Shown here: piece after piece, positions 27,153 through 40,917 of the stretch
Layout: the number at the start of each line of letters is the position of its first letter
Numbering within the stretch: position 1 is the stretch's first letter
Assembly: GCA_964016885.1 (NCBI GenBank)
Contig: OZ024747.1
Coordinates: forward strand, 15,748,001 to 15,812,000
DNA: 64,000 bases
Direction: 5' to 3'
Origin: Eledone cirrhosa
Taxonomy: Eukaryota
Position numbers and translations under genes: made by a program
The notes under the pieces: model-generated
Seen by the model: the letters and a program-made list of their open reading frames with translations, nothing else
Databases searched by the model: none
What the model was told of the DNA's origin: nothing

Positions 27153-29291
27153 ATGGACAAATACCCTTTGGACTACTCTGTAAAGAATATCGCAACACCT
27201 TCTAATACTCTCTACACGAAAATACTGATAGACAAAGTAGAGAAGGTTGTTAAAAGAATGAGATGGAAAGCTTTGATACTCGATGGTCAATTTAACACGG
27301 ATTCTACGTAACATTTTGACATCAAAACTCACAAATACCCGCAAAGAGTAAAAGATATGACCGCCTTTGAATTAGACCTAGTTAACCTTATCAACAACAT
27401 CAATTTTCGTAAGTACTCTAACCCCTTTCAATCCAAATTATCTAATGATATTTCTACTTTCAAATCTTCTAATAATAAGTTCATCTTCTCAGATAAAACT
27501 AAAAACCTATATGAAGTTAATAATAATTTACACGACCAACTATTAATAGATAATATCACCTCTAAATACCAAATAGCTAATATAAATACGTACCATAATA
27601 TAAATAAGGAAGCTAAAGAATTAGCTGTTTCTTTAAAAATAGATAATAAGACAGAAACACTTGCTAAACGTTCTGCGTATATCACCCTTAAAGATCATAA
27701 ACCCGACTTTATTAATCGCCCTAGTTGTAGATTAATCAACCCTGCTAAGACTGATATTGGTCTTGCCAGTAAAAAAATTTTAAATAAATTAAATACATAT
27801 ATTAGAAGTAAGTCTAAATTACTCCAATGGATAAATAGCTCTTCCGTAGTACATTGGTTTAATAATATTAAGAACAAAATCAGTTCTAGATTCACCCAAT
27901 TTGATATCGTAGATTTCTACCCATCTATTACTCAGACCCTTTTAGTGAAAGCTTTAAATTTCGCTAGAGGGTTCACTAATATCTCCGATATTGAAGAGGA
28001 TGTAATCTTGCATGCTAGGAACACTCTTCTTTTTAATGATAATGACACTTGGGTAAAAATATCTAACCCAGAGAACCCATTCGATGTCTCAATGGGCTCT
28101 TATGACAGTGCCGAGGTTTGTGATCTGGTCGGCCTATTCCTCTTACATACACTTAAAGAAAAATTTCCTAACCATATTTTTGGGCTTTATCGCGATGATG
28201 GTCTAATACTTTCCCATACCACCATAGGCCATAACTTAGATAGATTAAGGAAAGACTTAATAAAAACCTTTGCTAGTTTTAATCTTAAAATTACTATTGA
28301 TACTAACCTGTCCAACGTAGATTTCCTAGATATAAACTTAGATTTGCCTACTGCTTCTTATAAACCATACCATAAACCTAATGAAAACTTAAAATATATA
28401 AATAAAGGATCTTGCCATCCACCTATAGTTTTTAAAAACCTTATCCCTAATATTAGCCGTAGGATCTCCACCCTCTCTTCATCAGAAGCTATTTTCAATA
28501 AGGCATCCCCCTACTATAATATAGCCCTCCAAAATAGCGGCTTTAGCGAACCGATTAAATACATACCTAACTACACTAACTCTATTAAACATAAAAATAG
28601 GAAAAGAAAAATAATCTGGTTCACACCCCCCTACTCTCTAGCAGTTAAAACTAGTGTAGGCAAAAAATTCCTAGAACTCCTAGATAAACATTTCCCTAGA
28701 ACACATAGATACTATAAGATCTTTAACAGAAACTGTGTTAAAATTAGCTATTCCTGCGGTTCCCCTATTAAGTCCTATATCCTCAACAAAATTTCACCTA
28801 GAGAAAATCAAACTTGCTCCTGTAGAATCAAAAGTGAATGCCCATTACAAGGTAAATGCAACACCAAAGCCATTGTATATGCGGCTAATGTGACAACCAT
28901 CAGCAACAACCATCCAGTCACCAGTGAACGATATGTGGGTATGACGCAAGACAGATTCAAAACGCGTTATTACTCACATGTCGCATCCTTTCGACATCCA
29001 GAAAAAAGATTTACAACAGCTCTGGCTAGCAGAATCTGGGATTTGAAAGACCAAGGCATCCAATATAAACTAGATTGGTCAATTTTGAACCAATCTAAAA
29101 AATATGCTAGAGGAACAAGAAAATGCACGCTCTGCATAAACGAAAAATTTTGGATATTGCAAAATCTTAAATCACCAAAGACCTGCCTGAACACAAAGAC
29201 GGAAATTTTTACCAATTGCCCACACATGAAATCACACCTGCTTTCCAGCTCATATAAACTTAACACACTTTCAGATACTTATCCTCCATAA
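27153..29291 (+). pseudogene. PLE reverse transcriptase + C-terminal GIY-YIG endonuclease (712 codons with one in-frame TAA at 27309-27311; 644-aa open part starts at 27357)
   Basis: N-term YSVKNI..KRMRWKA; RT motifs RLINP, FDIVDFYPSI, MGSYDSAEVCDLVG, YRDDG; CSC-x5-CP-x4-C linker; IVY..YVG, FKTRY..H, CTLC..EK, LN GIY-YIG motifs. Confidence 0.9.
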
Positions 29292-29678
29292 ACTCTTATT
29301 ATTCTCTTTTTAATTACCCTTTCTGACTTACTTTCATTCTTATCCTTGTCAATAATTTCATTTATTTTCACTTTTATTTATTTTTACTTTACCCCCCCCC
29401 CCCCCTTTATTCTCCGATCCACTTCCTATTTTCTATTTTTTACTTCCCCTTCTTTTACTTCCCTTTTCCTCCACTAACTGATTATACTTGTCTTTTGTGT
29501 TTTTCAATCCAGATATATTTTTCATTTTTATTTTTATTTTATTTTTGCGCAGCCTATCTTACAATTTTATACTTGTACTTATTTATCCACGTTTCAATAT
29601 GGCTGAACGCCTTAATGTGTGTATACTTTTTATATATGTACATGAGTGACTACGTGTGTGCGCGCGCGTGCGTGTATG

Positions 29679-29720
<42 letters not shown>

Positions 29721-30498
29721 CGCGTATGTATGTGTGTGTGTATAGGTGTTTGTGTGTTGTGTATGTATATATTATGCGTATGTGTAGTTGTCTTTATATC
29801 CGTGTTTTTGACATTTCGTTTTTATGTTTTTGTTCCTTTTTTCTCCCCCCCCCCCCTTCCCTCTTTTGTTACTTACTCAGTTTCATACGTGGCCATGCAA
29901 ATAGGTTTATATGCGCTAGTATAAGTATGTGTGTGTGTGTGTGTGTATGTACGTATCGAACGTATGGAAGTGTAATTGCGCGTGTGTATATGCATAATTA
30001 TTTTTACATTTCTTTTGTGAGACACGCGTGTCTGTGTATGTATGTACCCCCCCCCTTTTTTTTGTTTTCTTTAATTTTTTCTTTCTATCTTTTCTTTCTA
30101 ATTTATCGTTACTATATTTTTATAAATATATCGAGACCGATACTTTTCTTTTAATTATTATACACTCTTTACCTCCTTTCTTTCCGCATCTAAGTGTCCA
30201 GGCGTTTTTATGCGCGCGACTTTATATTCTTATATTTACGATGTAACCATTTCTGTCTGTATAATACAGACATATAGATACACTTGCCCTAAATTTTTAT
30301 AATTACGCACACTTTCTAACTATACATTTACATGTGCACATATACATATATGCACATCTGTGAGCGTATATACATACACATACACACACCTAACTATTTT
30401 TCTTGATAGATTTTTATATATTTCAATTTCTATTTCATTTATCTATATATTTTTTTGATTTTCTTGATGTGTTTTTCTAAGTATTTGCCCATGTTTTA

Positions 30499-30578
30499 TA
30501 TTGCCTCGTCTGACGAACGAATGAAGTCGTTTATTTCGTATTCGCCTCATTCGGGAAACCTCTGGTAATGAGGTAATA
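30499..30578 (+). ncRNA. Type I hammerhead ribozyme in the PLE 3' terminal repeat
   Basis: TATTGCCTCGT-CTGACGA-A-CGAATGA..TCATTCG-G-GAAA-CC tct GG-TA-ATGAGGTAATA; 11-bp stem I, 7-bp stem II, GUA site at 30565-30567. Confidence 0.85.
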
Positions 30579-30831
30579 ATATTGTATTGATTTTATACAT
30601 TAAATTTTGCTCTGATACTGACATAGAGCACTCTTCATTTCTATGACCTTTTCTGTTTCTAACTGAAATTTCAATACTTATATATATATATATATATATA
30701 TATATACGCACAGAGCGAGAGAGAGTCATGTACGTGTATGTATGCATGTATATAATTCTAATTTCATATATATGTATATATATTGGAAAATGTGTGAAAT
30801 CCTTGGTACAATTAGGTATATTTAAAAGAAA

Positions 30832-31026
30832 TGGAAAATAATTACTTCAATTATAGTTCTAAACAATTTAATTTCTAAACTTAGGAAAGTTAACCAGAAA
30901 TCTTATAAAAATCTCCCCACCGAAGTTAACAAGGAACTTACTATATCTACAAAACCAAATTGTAAAATTATAATATTATAAAATTAAAGTAAATTGTTTA
31001 GAACTACAAGTGAGTCATTCATTTCC
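30832..31026. repeat. Imperfect inverted repeat; same family as 55216-55383
   Basis: agttctaaacaattta / taaattgtttagaact; shared leader ttggaaaatgtgtga.atccttggtaca. Confidence 0.6.
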
Positions 31027-31028
31027 TT

Positions 31029-31070
<42 letters not shown>

Positions 31071-31455
31071 CATCACGTCCATTGTATATTTCTCTTTCCT
31101 CTTTTCTTTTACTTAATCTCTATAGCTTTCCTTCACGTTATTTTTTCTCGTTTTAAATCATGGCTCTTCAAAACTATTTAGAGGAAACCACCACCATCAC
31201 ACTACTCTAAAAAAATAGCAACTACTACTACTAATGCGGCTGCTCCTACTACTACTACTAGTACTACTACTACTACTACTATTACTACTACTACATTAGC
31301 TATATATACTATAGCTATATCATCAACAGCAGGAACAGGAAAAACAGTCGCAGCATATATAAGAGCATTGGCGGCACCCCATTACGTTCACATAATCTCA
31401 TTTTATATTTTCCCCCGCGGCACTAAGACAAAAAGAAAAGAAAACTTACACCAAC

Positions 31456-31486
<31 letters not shown>

Positions 31487-32069
31487 CCATCAGCATCAGC
31501 ATCAGCAACATAATCATCGCTAATATTATCATCAACAACAACAACAGCCTGCCCACCATCCCCACCACTATAAAAACATGTCTGTGAGTGTTCCTGCAGT
31601 GATATTAGCCCTCTCTCCCATCTCTTCGTCCCTCCCCCACTCCCTCTCTCTTTATGTATCTCTCTCGCTCTCTCTCTCTCTCTCCAACCCTTCTTTCTGA
31701 TACACTCTCCCTTTTTTTTTTATTCATATATGATGGGGTTCGGATGAGTGCACAGTAAGGAGTTATCTTAGCTTCCATGCTGATACCTCGGCAAAACACA
31801 CACAAGTATAATTAAACGCTCTTGTCCAATAACTGGCCATTTTTGCTTCCTACCATGTGATGATCGCTTCATTAGCAACATTAAAACACATCCTCTGTAT
31901 TACTAATGTTAATACTTTCCGCTTTTTTGTATTATTATTACGTTGGATAACATTAGGTGGGGGCAGAGGTGTAGATGTGAGTTGCAGAGGTCGAGTTGAA
32001 GTTGGGAAGGGAGAGAAGCTGTCCTTCATTGATTATCGTTTTCTTACCTCCCGTCGGTTTGTTTTCCAC

Positions 32070-33080
32070 CTTCTCGTTGATAATGGCGGTGACGGTGGAA
32101 GTTGTGGCGTTGGTTTTGTTGACGGTGGTGGAGGGTTTGTGACTACTGGTGTTGGTGTTGGTGAGGATGATAATGGCGGTTGTAGTGAGGTGCATGGTGA
32201 CTGTGGTGGAGAGGTTGATGATGGTGATGAGAGGGGTAATGCTCGATGTAAATATGTTGGTGGTGATGGTGAGAGAAGGGGGGGGGGGGATATGGTGGAG
32301 AGCGCGTCGACGGTGGAGAGCGCGTCGATGGTGATGATGGTGGTGGTGGTGGTAGATGGAGGTTTTATGTTGGTGTTTATGGTGAGAGAAGGAGGGATAT
32401 GGTGGAGTGCGCGTCGATGGTGATGATGGTGATGGTGGTGGTGCTGGATGGAGGTGTTGTTCTGTTGGTGTTTATGGTGAGAGAAGGAGGGATATGATGG
32501 AGAGCGCGTCGATGGTGGTGGTGGTGGTGGTGGTGGTGGTGGTTGGAGGTTTTGAGTTGGTGGTGGTGGTGATGTTGGTGGGGATAATGTGGGTAATGTT
32601 GATATTGGCGATAGTGAAAACAATGGTCAAACTGATAATGCTGATGATTGTATAGATAGTGGGGACAGTCATAAAGATAATGTGGTGGCAGTTGGCATGA
32701 CAATGGTATTGGTGGCATTGGTGGTTTTGACGACAGCAATATTCCCAGTAACTGTGGCCATTATGGTAGTCTGATGACTCTGGAGGTGGTGATGTTAGTT
32801 GTGGTTACAGCGGTAGTGTTCGTGTGTAGATGGTGAAGAGATGTGTTGCACAGTGGTGATGGTGATTATGGCAAAGATTTTAGAGGTTATAGTGCTGACT
32901 GAGATGATGGTGATTATGGAGATGTTAATGGTAAATATAACAGTTAGGAGGCGAAATAGCAGAAAGTGTCGATAATGCAGGACCTGATGTTGGTGGTAAT
33001 GTTGGAGGAATAAGATTGGTAATGTAGGTAATGAGAAGAAGCTAGAGTGATGAATAATAGTGATAGGGGTGGTAATAATA
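32070..33080. repeat. (GGT/GAT)n low-complexity region with a ~110-bp local triplication (32267-32520)
   Basis: Recurrent atggtgagagaagg..ggatat..tggagagcgcgtcgatggtg. Confidence 0.7.
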
Positions 33081-33214
33081 GTCGTGAGTGGACTACATAC
33101 TTATGATAGCGTTCATGATGAGGGGAGCTCTCGTTAAGATAGTGATATTGATGTCGGTCATGTTTGTGGACAACGTATTGATAATAGTGATTGTTGAAGA
33201 AGGGATAATATGAT

Positions 33215-33480
33215 ACCGGAGTTTTCCCAGCCACTTCTTCTTTGCACCTTAGGCGTCCTCGGATTCAGGACAACTGACCTCCTCCGTAAAATCGGTTTGA
33301 TAGCAGCCCGTCTGAGGAAGGAGCTCCGTGAAATAAGGTGTCTGTTGAAACGTGTGTCGCTGGCCATTGTCGGCGGAAATGCTTTTGCCAGTTTGTTCGT
33401 GGGGTACAACCGAAACAACGCTCTGCCCTAGGTAGAGAGTCAGCGACCCTCTTCCCTCTCTTTGTCTAGTAGTTATTGCT
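33215..33480 (-). mobile_element. Decayed LINE fragment (L1/Tx1-like, tentative)
   Basis: GC-rich island with broken coding-like frames. Confidence 0.3.
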
Positions 33481-34080
33481 CTTCCCTTCATTTATCTCAC
33501 ATGTATGGCATTTATAGTCCTTTCCAAACGAAATAAAATGTGAGAATGTTGATGGTAGTGAAGCTAGTGGTATTCTAGTGGTAGTTTAGCGTTGATGACA
33601 TAGCACCTCTTTGGTGTGGATGACTTTTCGTCGAATTAACTTTTTATGATTATCCTCAAACGTATTTTGCGACTTCTGTCAGAAGTATTTTCCGTAGAAT
33701 ACTTTCGCAAACATATCTTAATAGAACAGACCTTTTAGCAAAACAAATTTTCATAAAATTATTTTGTAAATGCATTTTTTTCATCGGGAATAGATTTAAT
33801 AGAACATTTTGGTTAAATATAATTTGGTAAAGTAGTTTTAATTACAACATAATTGAAGATGTATAGTATTTTCTTTAATGAAAAAGGAATAGAATTGCCA
33901 TCTAAATATATATACATTTAAAAGATCCATTAAAATGACTTTGATGATGAAGACGATGTCGTTGATATTAAAGATAATGATGATTATGGTGATGGTGATG
34001 GTGATGATGAAGATGATGATGATGATCCACACATTATCTTGAGAAGCATGGGAGGAGACGACACGTTGAGAATCAAAATT

Positions 34081-35415
34081 ATGAGATGGTGTTTAAGGCT
34101 ATGAGATGGTGTTTAAGGCTATGAGATGGCGTTCAAGGCTATCAGATGATGTTCAAGGCTATCAGATGGTGTTCAAGGCTATCAGATGGTGTTCAAAGCT
34201 ATGATATGGTGTTCATGGTTATGAGATGGTGTTCAAGGCTATGATATGGTGTTCAAAGCTATCAGATGGTGTTCAAGACTATCAGATGGTGTTCAAAGCT
34301 ATGAGATTGTCTTCATGGTTATGAGATGGTGTTCAAGGCTATGAGATGGTGTTCAAGGCTATGAGATGGTGTTCAAGGCTATCAGATGGTGTTCAAAGCT
34401 ATGAGATTGTCTTCATGGTTATCAGATGGTGTTCAAGGCTATGAGAATGTGTTAAAGGTTATCAGATGGTGTTCAAGGCTATCAGATGGTGTTCAAAGCT
34501 ATGAGATGGTGTTCATGGTTATGAGATGGTGTTCAAGGTTATGAGATGGTGTTCAAGGCTATCAGATGGTGTTCAAGGCTATCAGATGGTGTTCAAAGTT
34601 ATGAGATGGTGTTCAATCTATGAGATGGTGTTCATGGTTATGAGATGGTGTTCAAGGCTATGAGATGGTGTTCAAGGCTATCAGATGATGTTCAAAGCTA
34701 TGAGATGGTGTTCATGGTTATGAGATGGTGTTCAAGGCTATGAGAATGTGTTCAAGGCTATCAGATGGTGTTCAAGGCTACCAGATGGTGTTCAAAGCTA
34801 TGAGATGGTGTTCATGGTTATGAGATGGTGTTCATGGTTATGAAATGGTGTTCAAGGCTATCAGATTATGTTCAAAGCTATGAGATGGTGTTCATCGTTA
34901 TGAGATGGTGTTCAAGGCTATGAGAATGTGTTCAAGGCTATCAGATGGTGTTCAAAGCTATGAGATGGTGTTCATGGTTATGAGATGGTGTTCAAGGCTA
35001 TGAGAATGTGTTCAAGGCTATCAGATGGTGTTCAAGGCTACCAGATGGTGTTCAAAGCTATGAGATGGTGTTCATGGTTATGAGATGGTGTTCATGGTTA
35101 TGAGATGGTGTTCAAGGCTATCAGATTATGTTCAAAGCTATGAGATGGTGTTCATCGTTATGAGATGGTGTTCAAGGCTATGAGAATGTGTTCAAGGCTA
35201 TCAGATGGTGTTCAAGGCTATGAGAATGTGTTCAAGGCTATCAGATGGTGTTCAATGCTATCGGATGGTGTTCAAAGCTATGAGATGGTGTTCAAATCTA
35301 TGAGATGGTGTTCAAGGCTATGAGAGGGTGTTCAAGGCTATCAGATGGTGTTCAAGGCTATGAGAGGGTGTTCAAGGCTATGAGAATATGTTCAAGGCTA
35401 TGAGAGGGTGTTCAA
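34081..35415. repeat. 20-bp minisatellite, ~67 units, consensus AT(G/C)AGATGGTGTTCAAGGCT
   Basis: Head-to-tail units with no spacers. Confidence 0.97.
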
Positions 35416-35769
35416 TGTAGCAATGTTAGTAATGGTGTCCACAGTGCGTATGATATTGATACTCGTATATGGGTTGATATGATAGGAGGAATGTATAGAG
35501 GTTGAGATGATAGTGAAAGTGATGATAGTGTTGATTATGGAAGTGATGTTACATGTGAAAGTAAAAATAATTCAGTCAATAATTGTGGTGGTGCTATTTG
35601 GGGTGGATACGTCGTAGAGTTGACGATGTATATTTTAATGACAGACCTAATGGGGTGTGAGGGTGGGGTGGTGGCAGTACTTTTGAGGTTTGCTGATGAT
35701 AGCGGCTGTTATGCTGAGAGGGATAAGAATGATGATATTATTGATGTTAGTGTTGGTATAGTTGAGGGC

Positions 35770-35952
35770 AATATCGATAGAAGGTCGGACGCCATGTTTT
35801 GCAGCATAGAGTTCAAATCCCGTCGAGGTTAACTTAGCCTTTATCCTTACGGAGTCGATAAAATAAAGTACCGGATCATGAACTGGGTAGATTTAATTGA
35901 CTTTACCATCCCCCCAAATTGCTGGCCTTCTGCCTATATAAGAAACCATTAT
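35770..35952 (+). mobile_element. SINE family A (internally deleted)
   Basis: gagttcaaatcccgtcgaggttaac...gtcgataaaataaagtacc. Confidence 0.75.
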
Positions 35953-36261
35953 TAGTGGTGGTTGTAGTAGCAGTGGTGATGGTGGTGAAGGTTGGGGTAC
36001 AAACATCTGTGGGAGTGGGAGGGGCAGGACAGATCGCATGGTACTATGACATATGCAATGGACATGTAGATGGGACGTTATCTTCTGATGATATATTTAC
36101 CATTTCTTGCAAACAAATAAAAAATAACCGTAATATGCCTTTCAATTAATACTAATGTTGTTCTTGTTGATGTTGGATCTAATGATGTTGTTTTTATTAG
36201 AAATAAAAAGGAGACACCTCATGAGACAATGTATTTTAGTTTTCAAATTTATTATTATTAC

Positions 36262-36326
<65 letters not shown>

Positions 36327-36373
36327 AGGAGGTTATAGTTCACTTGAAGCATTGTGTAATGAGGTATAAACGT

Positions 36374-36719
36374 TTGTATATGTATAATAAAGCCAAAACA
36401 ATGCAGGTATGTACATAGAATAAAGAATGCAAATGCAAAAGATATTGTTGACAATTAGTCTTTTACCTTAGATTTATTTAAATGTCCTTAATTTGCCAAG
36501 TTATGCTGTCAGTCATGACTGACAGCATGACTTGGCAATCTATTTAGAACACTGGTTTAACCGCTTTACATCCCTCCCAAGAAGAGATATTATCTCGAAA
36601 ATTAAGGACATTTAAATAAATCTAAGGTAAAAGACTAATTGTCAACAATATCTTTTGCATTTGCATTCTTTATTCTATGTCCATACCTGCATTGTTTCGG
36701 ATTTATTATACATATACAA
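36374..36719. repeat. ~120-bp inverted repeat arms enclosing a 46-bp near-perfect palindrome; inserted among (TA)n
   Basis: Arms ~36374-36494 and ~36599-36719; inner ttgccaagttatgctgtcagtcatgactgacagcatgacttggcaa; the arm recurs at ~63610-63732. Confidence 0.85.
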
Positions 36720-36721
36720 TC

Positions 36722-36798
<77 letters not shown>

Positions 36799-37245
36799 GA
36801 ATATGTGTTTATATACATATTCGTACACAAGTATATATACTTATGTAAAAATGTGTGTATGTATGTGTATATAAGTATACATTTTGTGATATCTTATCAT
36901 TTCTCCACTTGCACTCTTGGTAAACAGCCTCAAATATTTGTGAATGCATATGCATGTAATTTATGTATATATAAATATATATACGTATGTATTATACATA
37001 TACATATATACATATATATATATACATATATATATATATACATATATATACACATATATATATATATACATAGGTTTTCAGGCACACCTCCCTAGATCAA
37101 TTTCTACTACCAGTGCAATAGTCAAGTCGAGGTTATAATAGATGTATGTACTTAATTTGCCGTGTGTTGAGGTAAATATAAGAGCTCATTTTACGCGAAA
37201 CGTGATTTGTAGAGAAGAAAATGTGTATATATTTTTTGGGGGACA

Positions 37246-37325
<80 letters not shown>

Positions 37326-37978
37326 TACACACTTACAAAGACAAATATATGTGTGTATATAGCAATATACATATGTATTGTGTCTGTGTATATTTCGTAT
37401 ATATTGATTAATTGTATTCATTAGCCTCTTTCATAACATTGGTTTTTTTCTTTATGTATCCCTATCCGCCATCTTTCTCTCCTGTTGTTTACTAATTCTC
37501 ATTATAAACGTGTATTTAATTAGACAGATGAGAAATACCATTTGTGTCCCTCTACAATGATTTTATATATTCTATTGAAAAATACCCATTTTTTCATCCT
37601 TTCATAACATCTTCAAGCATTCTATTTGCTCTTCATTACTTCTACATCATTTTGATTAGAATTTTGCAGTTTGACCTTTTAGACGTCACCTGATTATAGT
37701 TTTTCATCACAATACATTTTTTATTTAATGTTATTATCATTATAATATTTACTTTTTTCTATTATCATTATTTTTTCCTATTATCATTATTAATTTTCTT
37801 ATTTTTATTATTACAACTATATAAAAATTAAAAACAAACTCTACAGCAATTCACATGGTTTAATCATATTTTCATATTTATGTACGCATCCACATGGAGT
37901 CACAAACTGACACATACATACTCCCACTCACACGCAGACATATGTGTAAATGTGCGTGTGTAAATGTTTATAAATATA

Positions 37979-38019
<41 letters not shown>

Positions 38020-38036
38020 ATATATATATACATATT

Positions 38037-38067
<31 letters not shown>

Positions 38068-38990
38068 CATACATATACATACAGACACACATACATACAC
38101 GCATTCATGTACACATACACATATATACATACAGAAATCAATGTATATTAACTAAATATATATATTTTTTTCTTTTTTGGTCTCATTACCGTTTTTGCAG
38201 GTGTAATGAAATAAACACAACAGTGAAGATTTTATAAATAAAACGTACAAGTGAACAATGTGTATTTGATTTTTTCTTATTATTACCAAAGTTTATACTG
38301 AATATAAAGACTAATTCTAATTATTATACTTTAATTATATTTTTAGAAAGAAAAAAAATTATCACATAAATATTTAGCACCGAAAAATTTTGAAAAATAT
38401 TCATTGATTTCTTGTTTGTATGAAGGCTGCGAAGATCGAATTCTGAAACTATATTTCCAGTCATTCGGGTTCTAGTTATTGTTTGTTGTTCTATACTTGT
38501 TGTTGCAATTCTTCTGCTTTTCTTGTTCGTGTTCTTGCTCTTGTTATTGTTCTTGTTGATTTTGTTATAGTTATTGTTGTTTTGTGGTGGTTTTTGGTGA
38601 CGGTGGTATTTGATTTTGTTTCGCCCCATGTAGGCTTAATTGAATAGACTTAAGATCAAAGGGGTTCAAGCCATACCAAATCCGCGTTTTCTATTTGTAA
38701 GGCATAATGCATCTCCATGCTTCCTTGATGACAAAGATATTTACCTCCAAAATTTAGACAAAATGTGTCGTTGCATATTACTACTATTAAACTTTTCCAT
38801 CATTAGTAAGGTCCTGTATCTGCTGCCAATCTAGACATTTTGCTGCCTGTCCAACATGACATATCAATAGGTGTGAGAAATGCTTAGTGGTGCCTATCTA
38901 CTCGTAAAGCGCCCAGTATTAGATTTAGCATTGGTATACGGCTAAAAGATGTCTTAAAAGAGAACGTGAGGTAGGAACAGGTGCATCTCA

Positions 38991-39447
<457 letters not shown>

Positions 39448-39728
39448 ATAATATTAATAAATGGAAGCTATCTTTATAAAACCATATTTATTTTATTATA
39501 TATATTTCAAGGGTACCAACATTTTGGTACGCCCTCATGAGATAAAGTACAAAAGTTGTTTTACAGATAGTGACATATCCAAAAAGAAAAACTTATCGTT
39601 TTAAGTTCAGTTTGAATAAATAATTATTTGCTTATATATATATATATTTATTTATATATATATATATTTATATATTTATCCTTATCGAGCCCTCTTTGGA
39701 TTTTAGTCTTCCAATTTATTATTATTAC

Positions 39729-39761
<33 letters not shown>

Positions 39762-39764
39762 ATA

Positions 39765-39931
<167 letters not shown>

Positions 39932-40017
39932 CTGTATTTCCACGAACCAAACTATCGTCTTCCTGTAGCAACGTTTTTCGATATATTTACTTCTGCGTTC
40001 ACAGATTGATTCTTTTT

Positions 40018-40068
40018 AGTTTCAGAAGATCCCGTTAAGGGTGAAAGAAGCGATTCTATGCTTAAACT
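40018..40068 (+). ncRNA. Hammerhead-like motif with variant core CAGAAGA
   Basis: AGTTT-CAGAAGA-T-CCC gttaa GGG-T-GAAA-G..C-TT-AAACT; same as 44250-44302. Confidence 0.45.
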
Positions 40069-40088
40069 TCAATCTGTAATTTTAATAA

Positions 40089-40220
<132 letters not shown>

Positions 40221-40230
40221 GTATATATAT

Positions 40231-40545
40231 TGTTATACTTTGGGAGGGTCATGTTGCCAATAAGAAACACATGCACCAGTGCTTTCACTCCAATTTATTA
40301 TAAATTAAATTATAAATTAAAAAAAATTCATGAATATCCGGTTGGTGGTTGGTTCCACGACCGAATGGTTGTTCATATAATGTCAAAGTTCTTTCGTCAC
40401 GCATCCTGTGACCTCTTCAGTGACAGGAAATATATAAATTTATATTTTTTTTTTTATTTATAATTTAATTTATAACAAATTGGAGTGAAAGCAACTGGTG
40501 AGTGTGTTTCTTATTGGTAACATGACCCTACCAAAGCATAAACAT
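40231..40545. mobile_element. Inverted-repeat element (~100-bp arms) with an internal hammerhead, in (TA)n
   Basis: agggtcatgttgccaataagaaacac..tttcactccaattt / aaattggagtgaaag..gtgtttcttattggtaacatgaccct; decayed relative at ~15715-15865. Confidence 0.75.
40381..40425 (-). ncRNA. Minimal type I hammerhead ribozyme motif
   Basis: TGTCA-CTGAAGA-G-GTCAC aggatgc GTGAC-GAAA-G aa C-TT-TGACA; perfect 5-bp stems I and II, very short stem III, CUU site. Confidence 0.7.
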
Positions 40546-40602
40546 ATCGGTTTCAACACAAGTTTTCAGATAAAGAATCTTGCTAAACAAATTCAGAAAC
40601 GA

Positions 40603-40692
<90 letters not shown>

Positions 40693-40724
40693 CATATATA
40701 TATATAGTTATATATATAGTTATA

Positions 40725-40780
<56 letters not shown>

Positions 40781-40796
40781 GTTATATATATAGTTA

Positions 40797-40895
<99 letters not shown>

Positions 40896-40917
40896 CATAC
40901 TTACATACATACATACA

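Larger units (their letters stand above)
26896..30680 (+). mobile_element. Penelope-like retroelement (Naiad-type), near full length, with ~140-bp direct terminal repeats
   Basis: Direct repeats ~26897-27037 and ~30540-30680; RT+GIY-YIG ORF; hammerhead in the 3' repeat; flanked by (TA)n. Confidence 0.9.

Noticed and set aside
27153-30500. Selenoprotein-type Naiad (UGA recoding plus SECIS)
   Set aside because: The internal stops in both PLE ORFs are TAA, not TGA at Cys positions
31857-32774. Pro/His/Gly-rich ORFs (also 48417-48902)
   Set aside because: Trinucleotide low-complexity DNA open in several frames on both strands; no splice or domain support
34081-35415. CRISPR-like regular array
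   Set aside because: Contiguous 20-bp units with no unique spacers, no cas genes, eukaryotic context
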